NCBI RefSeq assembly: GCF_034003525.1
Contig: NZ_JAVEYN010000014.1
Span: forward strand, 24,838 to 88,837
DNA from: Aquabacterium sp.
Lineage (GTDB): Bacteria > Pseudomonadota > Gammaproteobacteria > Burkholderiales > Burkholderiaceae_C
Direction: 5' to 3'
Length of the DNA: 64,000 bases
The notes under the pieces were generated by a model. That model was not told the origin of the DNA. It did not search any database and worked only from the letters and a program-made list of their open reading frames with translations. The translations under genes were made by a program, and so were the position numbers. Of the stretch, positions 1 to 10,217 are shown piece by piece; within the stretch, counting starts at the first letter, position 1; every line of letters starts with the position of its first letter.

Positions 1-255
1 CTGTCGTGGTCGACCCTGCGTCGGCAGGCCGCGCAGACGCCATCGCCCAATGGCGGATGGCCCATGGGGGCCATGGCCTTGCTGCTGGGCATTCAGCTGC
101 GCAAGCCGGGCGTGTACGTGCTCCATGCCGACGGGGTGCTGGCCCAGCCCCACCATACGCAACAAGCCCTGGCATGTGCTGGGCGCGTGGTGTGGGCCGG
201 GGGCGCCTGCAGTGCACTGCTGTTGTGGGGCACGGCCCTGCTGAAGGGAATGTGA
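1..255 (+). CDS. cbiB: adenosylcobinamide-phosphate synthase CbiB/CobD, C-terminal fragment (5' end outside window)
   Basis: Frame 1 is open from position 1 and reads ...TPSPNGGWPMGAMALLLGIQLRKPGVYVL.... This resembles the conserved SPNAGWPE/AAMAGALG/LGG C-terminal block of CbiB. It directly precedes cobD-cobQ. Confidence 0.7.
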   Translation: MSWSTLRRQAAQTPSPNGGWPMGAMALLLGIQLRKPGVYVLHADGVLAQPHHTQQALACAGRVVWAGGACSALLLWGTALLKGM

Positions 256-256
256 A

Positions 257-1333
257 ATGAATGAGGCTGTGATGCATGGCGGCCCCGACAGCGGCCCGGT
301 GGTGCAATGGGATTTTTCCAGCAACGCCAATGTGCGCCTGCAGCCGGCTGCCCTGATGCAGGCCTTGGTCGAGACGGATCGTTGCGCCTATCCCGATCCG
401 AGTTACACATCCTTGCGGGCCACCCTGGCCGCTGCGTCGGGCTGCACGCCCGAGCAGATCGTGCCCACCTCGGGCAGCAGCGAGGGCATCCGGCGTCTGA
501 CCCTGGCTGCGATGCTGCACGGCGTGCGCGAGGTGTGGGTGCCGCATCCTGGCTATGGCGATTACGCGGCCGCCGCCAACGCCTTGGGCCTGACCTTGCG
601 GCCCTGGACCGATGCTGCGCAGGCGCTGGCAGAGGTCGCCGAGCGGGCGCGCAGCACGCCAGTCCTGTGGTGGTTGTGCGAGCCCTGCAACCCGACTGGG
701 GCCAGTTTGCCAACGGCTTTCTGGGAAGCCCTGCAGGCCGTGCAGGCGCAGGGCCTGCAACTGATCGTGGCGCTCGACCGGGCTTATGAGCCCCTGCGCC
801 TGATCGGCGCCGATCCGGTGCCCGACGAGGTGGCAAGCGCCTGTTGGCAACTGTGGTCGCCGAACAAGAGTTGCGGCCTGACTGGCGTGCGTGCCGGGTG
901 GATGCAGGCTCCGGAAGCCTCTCACACGCTTTGTGGCCCCACTGCGGCTCAGCTCGACCGCTTGGCCCCCAGCTGGGTGCTGTCGGCCGAAGGGGTGAGC
1001 TTGCTTTCACAGTGGCACCTTCCCGTGCTGCAGACCTGGCTGGCCGAGTCGCGTCAGCAACTGGCGCAGTGGCAAGCGGTGCAAGCTCAGGCCTTGAGCG
1101 AGCTGGGCTGGACCCACCGCCCAGGCGGCGTTACGCCTTTCATGCTGAGTCGCCCACCTTTGGGTTCGTCTTCGCAACTGCCCGAATTGTTGGCGGCTTT
1201 GCGCGTACGGGGCATCAAGCTGCGCGATGCCAGCAGCTTCGGTTTGCCCGGCTGGGTGCGCTGGCGTGCCCATGAGCCTGCGGCCGGTCGGGCGCTGTGC
1301 CTGGCCTTGCGTGACCTCGAGGTGGCCGCGTGA
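257..1333 (+). CDS. cobD: L-threonine-O-3-phosphate decarboxylase-type class I/II aminotransferase (cobalamin biosynthesis)
   Basis: 358-aa ORF. It has a PLP-lysine context, LWSPNKSCGLTGVRAGW, and a GSSEGIRRL block typical of class I/II aminotransferases. It lies between cbiB and cobQ, and its stop overlaps the next start (GTGA). Confidence 0.8.
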   Translation: MNEAVMHGGPDSGPVVQWDFSSNANVRLQPAALMQALVETDRCAYPDPSYTSLRATLAAASGCTPEQIVPTSGSSEGIRRLTLAAMLHGVREVWVPHPGYGDYAAAANALGLTLRPWTDAAQALAEVAERARSTPVLWWLCEPCNPTGASLPTAFWEALQAVQAQGLQLIVALDRAYEPLRLIGADPVPDEVASACWQLWSPNKSCGLTGVRAGWMQAPEASHTLCGPTAAQLDRLAPSWVLSAEGVSLLSQWHLPVLQTWLAESRQQLAQWQAVQAQALSELGWTHRPGGVTPFMLSRPPLGSSSQLPELLAALRVRGIKLRDASSFGLPGWVRWRAHEPAAGRALCLALRDLEVAA

Positions 1334-2835
1334 GCGCGCGTGCCGTCATGGTGCTGGGCACCACCAGCGGGGCGGGTAAAAGCTGGCTGGCCACCGCCTT
1401 GTGCCGCTGGTATGCCCGTCAAGGCCTGAAGGTGGCGCCCTTCAAGGCTCAGAACATGAGCAACAACGCCCGCGTCGTGCCCGGGCTCGATGGCCGTCTC
1501 GGCGAGATCGGCAGCGCACAGTACTTCCAAGCCTTGGCAGCGGGTGTCACGCCCGATGTGCGCATGAACCCCGTGCTGCTCAAGCCGGAGCAGGACACCG
1601 CCAGCCAGGTCGTCGTCATGGGCGAGGTGCGGGATGACCTGCGTCGTGTCCCCTGGCGTGAACGCAGCGAGCACCTGTGGCCCCATGCCCGCGCGGGCTT
1701 GCAGTCCCTGATGGCCGATCACGACGTGGTGGTGATCGAGGGCGCGGGCTCGCCCGCCGAGATCAACCTGCACAGCAGCGATTACGTGAACATGCGCACG
1801 GCCCTGGCCGCGCAGGCTGCCTGCCTGCTGGTCACCGACATTGACCGCGGCGGCGCCTTCGCCCACCTGTACGGCACACACCAGTTGCTGAACGCGCAAG
1901 AGCGTGCCCTCATCCGCGGCTTTGTGCTCAATCGCTTCCGGGGCGATGCCACCTTGCTGGCGCCCGGTCCACAGCAGCTGCAAGCACTGACCGGCGTGCC
2001 GACCGTGGCCGTGCTGCCCATGTGGCGAGGGCACGGCCTGCCCGAGGAAGATGGTGTGTTCGACGACACGCCGACTGGCCCGGCAGCGACGGCAGAGGGC
2101 TACACGCGCCCCATCTTGCGCGTGGCGGTGATCGCCTACCCGCGCATCAGCAACCTCGATGAATTCCAGCCACTGCGCTCGGCACCGCACGTGCGCCTGA
2201 TCTGGGCGCGCCACCCCGCAGAGCTGGACGACGTGGACTGGGTGATCCTGCCGGGCTCGAAGCACACGACGTCCGACCTGGCCTGGTTGCGGGCCCAAGG
2301 GCTGGACGCCGCCCTGCATCGGCACGTGCAGCGCGGCCGTGCCGTGCTGGGCATCTGCGGGGGCCTGCAGATGCTGGGTCACACCTTGAGCGACCCGGAC
2401 GGCGTCGAGCGAGGCGCCTCTGGCGATGTGCCGGGACTGGGCCTGCTGGACGTGGACACCCGCTTCGACACCAGCAAGCTGCTCAAGGCCACCACCGCGC
2501 GCTTTGCCGATGAGCTCGCGGCCATCTCGTCGTGGGCGGCGCTGGCCGGCGTGCCCGCCACGGGCTACGAAATCCACCACGGCCGCACGCAGGCGCGCTC
2601 GACCCAGGCCCGACCGGCCTTGCAGGGCATCGACGGCCAGTGCCTGGGTTGGCAGCAGGGACAGGTGCTCGGCATCTACCTGCACGGCCTGTTCGAATCC
2701 GACGAGGCGCTGCATGCACTGCTGGGGCAGGGCGTTCCGGCCTTGTCACAGGTGTTCGACGGCCTGGCTGACTACGTGGACCAGCATTTCACGCCCGGTG
2801 TGTTGAAGGCATTGCTGAAGCCCTTGCCTCCCTGA
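1330..2835 (+). CDS. cobQ: cobyric acid synthase
   Basis: 501 aa. The N-terminal block VMVLGTTSGAGKSWL and the C-terminal glutamine amidotransferase block AVLGICGGLQMLG are both present. The GTG start overlaps the cobD stop. Confidence 0.93.
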   Translation: MSARAVMVLGTTSGAGKSWLATALCRWYARQGLKVAPFKAQNMSNNARVVPGLDGRLGEIGSAQYFQALAAGVTPDVRMNPVLLKPEQDTASQVVVMGEVRDDLRRVPWRERSEHLWPHARAGLQSLMADHDVVVIEGAGSPAEINLHSSDYVNMRTALAAQAACLLVTDIDRGGAFAHLYGTHQLLNAQERALIRGFVLNRFRGDATLLAPGPQQLQALTGVPTVAVLPMWRGHGLPEEDGVFDDTPTGPAATAEGYTRPILRVAVIAYPRISNLDEFQPLRSAPHVRLIWARHPAELDDVDWVILPGSKHTTSDLAWLRAQGLDAALHRHVQRGRAVLGICGGLQMLGHTLSDPDGVERGASGDVPGLGLLDVDTRFDTSKLLKATTARFADELAAISSWAALAGVPATGYEIHHGRTQARSTQARPALQGIDGQCLGWQQGQVLGIYLHGLFESDEALHALLGQGVPALSQVFDGLADYVDQHFTPGVLKALLKPLPP

Positions 2836-2913
2836 CGTGGACGAGCGCGTCATCCATCGCAGGCTTGCACGCCAGCAACTGACTCACACGTCCTCTTCTC
2901 GTATCGCTTCATC

Positions 2914-3987
2914 ATGACCTCTTCCTCCCTGACCTTCGCCCCCATCACCGACCTGAACGACGCCGTTCTGTCCGACCGACTGCACCACGTCATCGACCGC
3001 AAGACCAAGCCCCTCGGCGCGCTGGGTCGGCTGGAAGCCCTGGCTCACCGCATCGGCCTGGTGCTGCGCAGCGAGCAGCCTCGCCTGGTCGACCCGCAGA
3101 TGGTGGTCTTTGCTGGCGACCACGGCCTCACCGCCCGAGGCGTTTCGGCTTACCCCAGCGACGTCACCTGGCAGATGATCGAAAACTTCCTCGCCGGAGG
3201 CGCGGCGGTCAGCGTGCTGTGTCGCCAGCACGGCGTTGCCATGACCGTGGTGGACTGTGGCGTGGCCCATGACTTCGCACCGCGACCCGGTCTGCAGATC
3301 CGCAAGGTCGCCCCCGGCACCGCCGACTGTTCCGCGCAAGCGGCCATGACCACCGAGCAGTGCGAGGCCGCCTTGCGTCACGGCCAGGAGCTGGTGCGCG
3401 GCCTGCCTGGCAATGCGCTGCTGCTCGGTGAAATGGGCATCGGCAACACCTCCAGCGCTTCCTTGTTGATGGCCCGCTTGACCGGCGAGTCGCTCGACCT
3501 GTGCACTGGCCGCGGTACGGGCCTCAGCGACACAGCGCTCACCCACAAGCGCGCCGTGCTCAACGAAGTGCTGTTGCGTCACCCGGATGCGCAAACGCCG
3601 CTTGAGGCTCTCGCGGCCTTCGGCGGTTTCGAGATCGCGCAGATGGTGGGTGCCGTGCTGCAAGCCGCCGCCGAGAACCGCGTCATCCTGGTCGATGGCT
3701 TCATCACCACCAGCGCGGTGCTGGTGGCCGCCCGCTTGCAACCGCTGGTGCTGCAACGCTGCGTGTTCTCGCATCAGTCGGATGAGGCAGGCCATGTGAT
3801 CTTGCTGGGTCACCTGAAGGCGCAAGCCCTGCTGCAACTCGGCCTGCGTCTGGGCGAAGGCTCGGGTGCCGCACTGGCCTGGCCGCTGCTGGAGTCGGCC
3901 TGTGCGATCTTGCGCGACATGGCGAGCTTCGACGCGGCCGGCGTCAGTGACTCCGATACGGATGCCGGCCAGTCTCAGGCCCAGTGA
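2914..3987 (+). CDS. cobT: nicotinate-nucleotide--dimethylbenzimidazole phosphoribosyltransferase
   Basis: 357 aa with KTKPLGALGRLEALA and GEMGIGNTSSAS motifs characteristic of CobT. Confidence 0.93.
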   Translation: MTSSSLTFAPITDLNDAVLSDRLHHVIDRKTKPLGALGRLEALAHRIGLVLRSEQPRLVDPQMVVFAGDHGLTARGVSAYPSDVTWQMIENFLAGGAAVSVLCRQHGVAMTVVDCGVAHDFAPRPGLQIRKVAPGTADCSAQAAMTTEQCEAALRHGQELVRGLPGNALLLGEMGIGNTSSASLLMARLTGESLDLCTGRGTGLSDTALTHKRAVLNEVLLRHPDAQTPLEALAAFGGFEIAQMVGAVLQAAAENRVILVDGFITTSAVLVAARLQPLVLQRCVFSHQSDEAGHVILLGHLKAQALLQLGLRLGEGSGAALAWPLLESACAILRDMASFDAAGVSDSDTDAGQSQAQ

Positions 3988-4009
3988 GCAAACCAGGCAA
4001 GATGCCCCC

Positions 4010-4879
4010 ATGCGTTTCCTGATCCACGAAGTCCGCCTGTTCTTCATCGCCCTGCAGTTCTTCACGCGGGTGCCTGTGCCCGCCTGGGTGGGCTACCACC
4101 CGGATTGGTTGCAGGCCTGCCAGCGCTATTTCCCGCTGGTCGGGGCGCTGGTCGGCTGTGCCGGTGCCTTGATGCTGGCGCTGACCGCCAACTGGTGGCC
4201 ACCGCTGGTGGCGGTCATCCTGTCGATGGCCTTCACCATCTGGCTCACTGGCGGCTTCCATGAAGACGGCTGGGCCGACACCTGCGACGCGCTGGGCGGC
4301 AGCGTCAGCCGCGAGCGTGCGCTGGAGATCATGAAGGACTCGCGCATCGGCTCCTACGGCTCGCTCGGCCTGATCCTGCTGCTGGGGGTCAAGGCCGCCA
4401 CGCTCAGCTCCCTGGCGACGCCCCTGGTCAGCGAGCTGAACAACGCCCAGAGCAGCCACATCCACCAGGTGCTGCTGGCCTGGACCATGATGGCCCTGGT
4501 CTGGTGCCACGCCGGCTCACGTCTGGTAGCCGTGTGGATGATCCGCCTGCTGCCCTATGGGGGTGACCTTGCGCACGCCAAGGCCAAGCCCTTGGGCCTG
4601 CAGGCCAGTTGGGGGCAGGTGATCGCGGCCACTTGCTGGACCGTGGTCGTGGCCGCTTGCATGTGGCTGTGGCTGGCCCAATCCGGCTGGCCCACCGGTA
4701 CGCTGACGATCGCCCTGGGGCGTGCGGCCCTGGCCATGCTCATTGGCGGCATCGTCTGCTGGCGCTGGTTCCAGCGCCGCCTGGGTGGCTTCACCGGCGA
4801 CACCCTGGGCGCCACCCAGCAACTCACCGAGGTGCTGGGCCTGCTCGCTTGGCTCACCGTCATCCATCCGGTCAGCTGA
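4010..4879 (+). CDS. cobS: adenosylcobinamide-GDP ribazoletransferase (cobalamin synthase)
   Basis: Polytopic membrane protein starting MRFLIHEVRLFFIALQFFTRVPVP (CobS signature). The track ORF 3866..4879 was trimmed to the ATG at 4010, which follows the cobT stop. Confidence 0.9.
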   Translation: MRFLIHEVRLFFIALQFFTRVPVPAWVGYHPDWLQACQRYFPLVGALVGCAGALMLALTANWWPPLVAVILSMAFTIWLTGGFHEDGWADTCDALGGSVSRERALEIMKDSRIGSYGSLGLILLLGVKAATLSSLATPLVSELNNAQSSHIHQVLLAWTMMALVWCHAGSRLVAVWMIRLLPYGGDLAHAKAKPLGLQASWGQVIAATCWTVVVAACMWLWLAQSGWPTGTLTIALGRAALAMLIGGIVCWRWFQRRLGGFTGDTLGATQQLTEVLGLLAWLTVIHPVS

Positions 4880-4895
4880 TAAAGGCATCTCCACG

Positions 4896-5558
4896 ATGAG
4901 CGTCATTCCCCAAGGCCCCCACGTCATCGCCTGGCGCCACCCTCGGCCCATCGGTGCGGAGGGGCGCTGCATTGGTCGCACCGACCTGGCCGTCGACCGC
5001 CGCAAAGCCAAGCGCCTGGCCCACCGCATTCGGCAGGCGGCGCGCCAGCACGGCTGGCCGCGCATCGTATACAGCTCGTCCTTGCAGCGCTGTGCGGCCG
5101 TGGGGCGCCAACTGCGCCGCTGGGGCTGGCGTCACCACATCGACGACAGCCTGCTGGAGATGGATTTCGGCGCCTGGGACGGCCTCAGCTGGCTGCACAT
5201 TGCCCAGGCCCAGGTCGACGCGTGGTGCCAGGACTTTGCCCACCATGCCCCAGGCGGCGGTGAAAGTTTGCACACCATGCTGCAGCGCGTGGCGGCCAGC
5301 TTGCGCAGCTTGTCCGCCCAAGCGACCGTGCCGCCCGATCCGCCTGGCCTGGCCCACCCTCTTGGCCGCAGCTCACCGAGCCCCTTACTGATCGTTGCGC
5401 ACGCAGGTTGGATGGTGTCTGCTCGCTGGGTGGCCAAGCATCCTCAGGCACCGGCCCTGCCCAGCCAGTGGCCCGCGTCTCCACGCTATGGCGAGCGTTG
5501 CACCTTGTCGGCGGCTCCGCTTCAATACCGGCCGGTCGAGCCTGCCAGCCGCAGGTAA
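4896..5558 (+). CDS. cobC: histidine-phosphatase family protein, probable alpha-ribazole phosphatase
   Basis: The N-terminal WRHPRP...GRTD and LLEMDFGAWDG blocks indicate the phosphoglycerate-mutase-like fold. It is the last gene of the cob run. The start was trimmed to the ATG at 4896. Confidence 0.75.
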   Translation: MSVIPQGPHVIAWRHPRPIGAEGRCIGRTDLAVDRRKAKRLAHRIRQAARQHGWPRIVYSSSLQRCAAVGRQLRRWGWRHHIDDSLLEMDFGAWDGLSWLHIAQAQVDAWCQDFAHHAPGGGESLHTMLQRVAASLRSLSAQATVPPDPPGLAHPLGRSSPSPLLIVAHAGWMVSARWVAKHPQAPALPSQWPASPRYGERCTLSAAPLQYRPVEPASRR

Positions 5559-6886
5559 GCCTTCGCCAGAAACGCCACCACGGCCCGGCGCACCCGTGTC
5601 CGCCAGCGGCGGTCGTTCAACGTGTCCGGCGGCGGCACCTCCCGGCTCTGCGCAAAGTCGGTTTGCAGGGAGTGGGACAAGGTCCGCACAAAACCCCGGT
5701 CCCGCACGATCAGGTTGCCCTCCAGGTTCAGCACCATCGACAAAGGGTCCAGGTTGGACGAGCCCACCGTGGCCCATTCCTCGTCCACACACAGCACCTT
5801 GGCGTGCAGGAAGGCCGGCTGGTACTCGAAGATGCGCACACCCACCTGCTGCAACTCGTCGTACAGCACCTGTGCCGCGATGCCGGCAATGCGGTAGTCC
5901 AGCTTGCCCTGCAGCAAGAGGCGCACCGTCACCCCCCGCTCGGCGGCGGCACGCAGCGCTTGGCGCATGGCGCGCCGGGGGTAAAAGTAGGGCGTCACGA
6001 TGTCGATGCACTGACGCGCCTGCACAATGGCCCGCAGCGCCGCCTGTTCGATCGTGCGCCGCTGCCGCAGGTTGTCGCGCAACACGAAGGCGCTGCGCAT
6101 CGGCAGGGCGCTGTCGCCATTGCCGATCAGCTGCGCCTGCTCCTGGGGGCTCAGACGTAACAGGGCGCTCTGCCACATCTGCTTGAGGCGCTGAAGGCGG
6201 TGCGGATCTTGCACCCACTGCACCAGGTCATCGCGCCAGTCGCGGCCAAACTGGGCCCGCGTCCACATGGCCCGGATGGTGTGCAGCACCGGCATCACCA
6301 CCGGCCCCCGCACCGACACCGCATAGTCCAGGCGCGGGTTCTCCGACCAGCCGTGGCTGAGGTCGTAGTGGTCGTCGATCAGGTTGATGCCACCAATGAA
6401 GCCCACCTCGTCATCGACCACGCACAGCTTGAGGTGCATGCGCCGCCACTGGCCCGCGTCCATCAGCCCCCACAGCCAATGCAGCGGCTTGTAGACCACC
6501 AGGCGTACCCCCGCGTCTTCGAGCGCCCGCCACAGGCTTACCGGCGCATCGCGCGAGCCCACACCGTCCACCACCATCGACACTTCGACCCCACGTCGCG
6601 CCGCCCGCATCAGCGACTGCAGCACCGCGCTGCTCTGACCCAGGGGCGACACGATGTAGAGCGCCATCCACACCGACTCCTGAGCCTGATCAATGCGCTC
6701 GCACAGCGCGGGAAACAGGTCGCGTCCACCCTGGAGCAGGGTCACCCGATTACCCCCGCTGAACATCGGCTTGCGCTGCGTGTACCAGGCCAGGGCGGCC
6801 AGCCAGCCTGCGGGAGGCTGGTCGCTGTGCTCGACGACGCCCGGGGTCCAGTGATCCTTGTCCGGGGGGCGACTCATCGGGGGCAT
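5522..6886 (-). CDS. clsB: phospholipase D-family cardiolipin synthase (ClsB-like)
   Basis: Two HKD motifs are present: HLKLCVVDDEVGFIGGINL and HAKVLCVDEEWATVGSSNLD. The start was chosen at the ATG that overlaps the upstream stop (ATGA at 6884..6888). The longer track ORF runs into the upstream gene. Confidence 0.88.
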   Translation of the reverse strand: MPPMSRPPDKDHWTPGVVEHSDQPPAGWLAALAWYTQRKPMFSGGNRVTLLQGGRDLFPALCERIDQAQESVWMALYIVSPLGQSSAVLQSLMRAARRGVEVSMVVDGVGSRDAPVSLWRALEDAGVRLVVYKPLHWLWGLMDAGQWRRMHLKLCVVDDEVGFIGGINLIDDHYDLSHGWSENPRLDYAVSVRGPVVMPVLHTIRAMWTRAQFGRDWRDDLVQWVQDPHRLQRLKQMWQSALLRLSPQEQAQLIGNGDSALPMRSAFVLRDNLRQRRTIEQAALRAIVQARQCIDIVTPYFYPRRAMRQALRAAAERGVTVRLLLQGKLDYRIAGIAAQVLYDELQQVGVRIFEYQPAFLHAKVLCVDEEWATVGSSNLDPLSMVLNLEGNLIVRDRGFVRTLSHSLQTDFAQSREVPPPDTLNDRRWRTRVRRAVVAFLAKAYLRLAGSTGRY

Positions 6887-7698
6887 CAGGCGCTCAGGTC
6901 CAGCTCCGCCACCAGCGGCAGGTGATCGGACAGCCGGGCCCAGGTGCTGCCCCGCGGCACCATGATCGACTTGCAGTGCAGCCCACGCGTGTAGACCCGG
7001 TCCAGCGACAGCACCGGGATGATCGAGGGGTAGGTGGCCACGCGGGCCTCGTTGCCCAGCGTGGCGCGGCTCAAGCCACCGTCGGCGAGGATGCCGTCGA
7101 GCTTCTCGTTCCAGTCGTTGAAGTCGCCGGCGACCACCACTGGCGCCTCGGCCGGCAGTTCGTGCTGTACCAGCTCGGCCAGCCGTTCGGCCTGACGCAC
7201 CCGGCTGGCATGGATCAGGCCCAGGTGCACCACCACCACGTGCACCTCGACCCCACGCCACTGGACCGGCACATGCAAGAGACCACGCTGCTCGAAACGG
7301 TGGTCGGACACATTGTGGTGACCGATGGCACCCAGCGGCCAGCGCGCCAGCAGGGCATTGCCGTGCTCACCGTGCTTCGTGACGGCATTGGTGCGGTAAG
7401 CCACCTCATAGCCCTCAGGGGCCAGGTACTCCGCTTGCGGTGTGTTGGGCCAAGCGTCCGGGCCGAACTGCGTGTGGGAAAAGCGCCGCGCCTCGGCGTG
7501 GTTGAACTGCCGTACCTCCTGCAGGCACACGATGTCGGCGTCCAGCGCCTCCACGGCGTCACTCAGGTTGTGGATCTCCAGGCGCTTGGTGGGCCCCATG
7601 CCCCGCACACCCTTGTGGATGTTGTAGGTTGCCACGCGCAGGTGGTTGGCATGGCGCTGGGCAGGGGGAAGCAGGGAAGACTGAAGCGGTTTGAGCAC
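6886..7698 (-). CDS. endonuclease/exonuclease/phosphatase family protein (YbhP-like)
   Basis: 270 aa with LRVATYNIHKG, IVCLQEV and C-terminal SDHLPL motifs. Its pairing with clsB mirrors the E. coli ybhP-clsB arrangement. Confidence 0.85.
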   Translation of the reverse strand: MLKPLQSSLLPPAQRHANHLRVATYNIHKGVRGMGPTKRLEIHNLSDAVEALDADIVCLQEVRQFNHAEARRFSHTQFGPDAWPNTPQAEYLAPEGYEVAYRTNAVTKHGEHGNALLARWPLGAIGHHNVSDHRFEQRGLLHVPVQWRGVEVHVVVVHLGLIHASRVRQAERLAELVQHELPAEAPVVVAGDFNDWNEKLDGILADGGLSRATLGNEARVATYPSIIPVLSLDRVYTRGLHCKSIMVPRGSTWARLSDHLPLVAELDLSA

Positions 7699-7746
7699 GG
7701 GTACATTCCTGCGGCAAAGTGTGTCGCGATGGCGGCACCACGCTCT

Positions 7747-8238
7747 CTACGATATCAGGTGCGCCGGGTTGGCGTCACGCTGGCTGAGTTGCAAAATCGC
7801 CTCGGCGTTCGAGGGTGAAAAACAGCGGTCCGCCGCCTCCTGCCAGGGCAGCCAGGCATGGGCAATGTGCTCGCGCGGCGCCAGCGTGATGGGCGTGTCA
7901 CGCGGTACGCACAGGCCGAAGACATGCTCGGTGTTGTGCGTCACCCCGGGTGCATAGCGGTGGCGCCACACGGGGTAGATCTCGTAGACGTTTTCCACCT
8001 CCCAGTCCTGCAGCGCGCTGCGCGGCACCCGCTCCGTGCCCACCTGAATGCCAGTCTCCTCCCACACTTCCCGGATGGCAGTGTCCGTCCAGGATTCGTC
8101 CAGGTGGTCTTTCGAACCCGTCACGCTTTGCCAGAAACCCGGCTGCTTGGCCCGCTCGATCAGCAACACCTCGCGCTGCGGGGTGTAGATCACCACCAGC
8201 ACCGACTGCGGGATTTTCGGAGACGCTTGTTCGTTCAT
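7747..8238 (-). CDS. nudB: Nudix hydrolase, dihydroneopterin triphosphate diphosphatase-like
   Basis: A Nudix box is present (GSKDHLDESWTDTAIREVWEETGI). It lies directly downstream of aspS, as in E. coli. The start was trimmed to MNEQASPK. Confidence 0.8.
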   Translation of the reverse strand: MNEQASPKIPQSVLVVIYTPQREVLLIERAKQPGFWQSVTGSKDHLDESWTDTAIREVWEETGIQVGTERVPRSALQDWEVENVYEIYPVWRHRYAPGVTHNTEHVFGLCVPRDTPITLAPREHIAHAWLPWQEAADRCFSPSNAEAILQLSQRDANPAHLIS

Positions 8239-8283
8239 GCAAGACAGTGTGGCACGCGTGTTGGCACCTGGCGTTGCGTTATG

Positions 8284-8308
8284 AAAAAGGCCACCCCGCA
8301 GGGTGGCC
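8284..8308 (-). terminator. rho-independent terminator after aspS
   Basis: The minus strand reads GGCCACCC-TGCG-GGGTGGCC followed by TTTTTCAT. It lies 37 nt after the aspS stop. Confidence 0.85.
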
Positions 8309-8344
8309 TCATGCCCGGATGCGCCATCCAGGCACTCGGGGCGA

Positions 8345-10147
8345 TCAGCCTTGTGCTGGCGCCGCGGCGGCGGCATTGCGCAGGCGGATGTGCAACTCGC
8401 GCAACTGCTTCTCGTCCACGTTCGACGGGGCGCCGGTCAGCAGACACTGGGCACGTTGCGTCTTGGGGAAGGCGATCACGTCACGGATCGACTCGGCCTT
8501 GGTCATCAGCGTGACCAGACGGTCCAGACCGAAGGCCAGACCACCGTGCGGCGGGGCGCCGTACTGCAGCGCGTCCAGCAGGAAGCCGAACTTCACGGCG
8601 GCGTCTTCCTTGCTGATGTTCAGGGCGCTGAACACCTTGGACTGCACATCGGCGCGGTGGATACGGATCGAACCGCCACCCAGCTCCCAGCCGTTGAGCA
8701 CCATGTCGTAGGCCTTGGCGATGCAGGCACCCGGATCGGTGTCCATCAGGTCCTCGTGACCATCCTTCGGGGCGGTGAAGGGGTGGTGCACGGCGTTCCA
8801 GCGCTCCGACTCGTCGTCGTACTCGAACATCGGGAAGTCCACCACCCACAGCGGCGCCCAGCGGTCTTCGAACAGACCGGCCTTCTTGCCGAACTCGGAG
8901 TGGCCCACCTTCAGGCGCAGTGCGCCGATGGCGTCGTTGACGATCTTGGCCTTGTCGGCGCCGAAGAAGATCAGGTCGCCGTCCTTGGCGCCGGTGCGCT
9001 CCAGGATCTTGGCAATGGCGGCATCGTGCAGGTTCTTCACGATGGGCGACTGCAGGCCATCACGGCCCTTGGCCACTTCGTTGACCTTGATCCAGGCCAG
9101 GCCCTTGGCACCGTAGATCTTGACGAACTCGGTGTAGGCATCGATCTCGCCGCGCGACATCGCGCCACCGCCAGGAATGCACAGGGCAACCACGCGGCCA
9201 CCCTTGGTGGTGGCGGGCGTCGAGAAGACCTTGAAGTCCACATCGCCCATCACGTCGGTCAGCTCGGTGAACTGCAGCTTGACGCGCAGGTCGGGCTTGT
9301 CCGAGCCGTACAGGTGCATAGCATCCGCGTACTTCATGACCGGGTAGGCACCCAGGTCCACGTTCAGCGCCTTCTGGAAGACGTGGCGGATCATGCCTTC
9401 GAACATGTCACGGATTTCCTGTTCGGTCAGGAAGCTCGCTTCAATGTCGATCTGGGTGAATTCGGGTTGACGGTCGGCACGCAGGTCTTCGTCACGGAAG
9501 CACTTGGTGATCTGGTAGTAACGGTCGTAGCCGGCCACCATCAGCAGCTGCTTGAACAGCTGGGGCGACTGGGGCAGGGCGAAGAACTGGCCGTCATGCA
9601 CGCGCGAGGGCACCAGGTAGTCGCGGGCGCCTTCCGGAGTCGACTTGGTCAACATCGGGGTTTCGATGTCGATGAAGCCGTGCTCGTCGAGGAACTTGCG
9701 CGCTTCCATCGCCACGCGGTAGCGCAGCATCAGGTTCTTTTGCATGTGCGGACGACGCAGGTCCAGCACACGGTGGGTCAGGCGGGTCGTCTCCGACAGG
9801 TTCTCGTCGTCGATCTGGAACGGCGGCGTCACGCTGGCGTTGAGCACTTCCAGGTTGTGGGCCAGCACCTCGATCTTGCCGCTGGTCAGGCCGGCGTTGG
9901 TCGTGCCTTCCGGGCGGGCACGCACCACGCCGGTGACCTTCAGGCAAAACTCGTTGCGCACGTCTTCGGCGATCTTGAACGAGTCGGCGCGGTCGGGGTC
10001 GAACACCACCTGCACCAGGCCTTCACGGTCACGCAGGTCGATGAAGATCACGCCGCCGTGGTCGCGGCGACGGTGGGCCCAGCCCATCAGCGTCACGGTC
10101 TGGCCCATCAGCGCTTCGCTGACCAGACCACAGTAAGTGGTGCGCAT
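8345..10147 (-). CDS. aspS: aspartate--tRNA ligase
   Basis: 600 aa starting MRTTYCGLV. Class II motifs are present ([26 protein letters not shown]). A GGAGAG Shine-Dalgarno sequence lies upstream of the ATG at 10147. Confidence 0.97.
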   Translation of the reverse strand: MRTTYCGLVSEALMGQTVTLMGWAHRRRDHGGVIFIDLRDREGLVQVVFDPDRADSFKIAEDVRNEFCLKVTGVVRARPEGTTNAGLTSGKIEVLAHNLEVLNASVTPPFQIDDENLSETTRLTHRVLDLRRPHMQKNLMLRYRVAMEARKFLDEHGFIDIETPMLTKSTPEGARDYLVPSRVHDGQFFALPQSPQLFKQLLMVAGYDRYYQITKCFRDEDLRADRQPEFTQIDIEASFLTEQEIRDMFEGMIRHVFQKALNVDLGAYPVMKYADAMHLYGSDKPDLRVKLQFTELTDVMGDVDFKVFSTPATTKGGRVVALCIPGGGAMSRGEIDAYTEFVKIYGAKGLAWIKVNEVAKGRDGLQSPIVKNLHDAAIAKILERTGAKDGDLIFFGADKAKIVNDAIGALRLKVGHSEFGKKAGLFEDRWAPLWVVDFPMFEYDDESERWNAVHHPFTAPKDGHEDLMDTDPGACIAKAYDMVLNGWELGGGSIRIHRADVQSKVFSALNISKEDAAVKFGFLLDALQYGAPPHGGLAFGLDRLVTLMTKAESIRDVIAFPKTQRAQCLLTGAPSNVDEKQLRELHIRLRNAAAAAPAQG

Positions 10148-10217
10148 TGTTGTTCTCTCCGGGAGTGAGGGTCGTGCGGCCTGGGCACAGGCCCGGCTCG
10201 AAACCCTCGATTGTCGT

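Noticed and set aside
6887-7261. N-terminal 125-codon extension of the clsB ORF (track ORF 5522..7261); similar over-extensions occur at 35829..37265, 8345..10321, 41401..44154 and 20725..21768
   Set aside because: The extensions overlap the upstream gene in another frame and are Arg/Gly/Pro/Ala-rich. The internal ATG or GTG starts I chose coincide with conserved protein N-termini and often with ATGA/GTGA stop-start overlaps or a Shine-Dalgarno sequence.
8250-8277. Tandem TGGCAC motifs (8250, 8262) followed by TTGC, resembling a sigma-54 promoter, in the aspS-nudB spacer
   Set aside because: They are on the plus strand, pointing into the antisense of aspS with no plus-strand gene downstream. 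The first copy has GG instead of GC at the -12 position. The second has GG-GC spacing one nucleotide too long.
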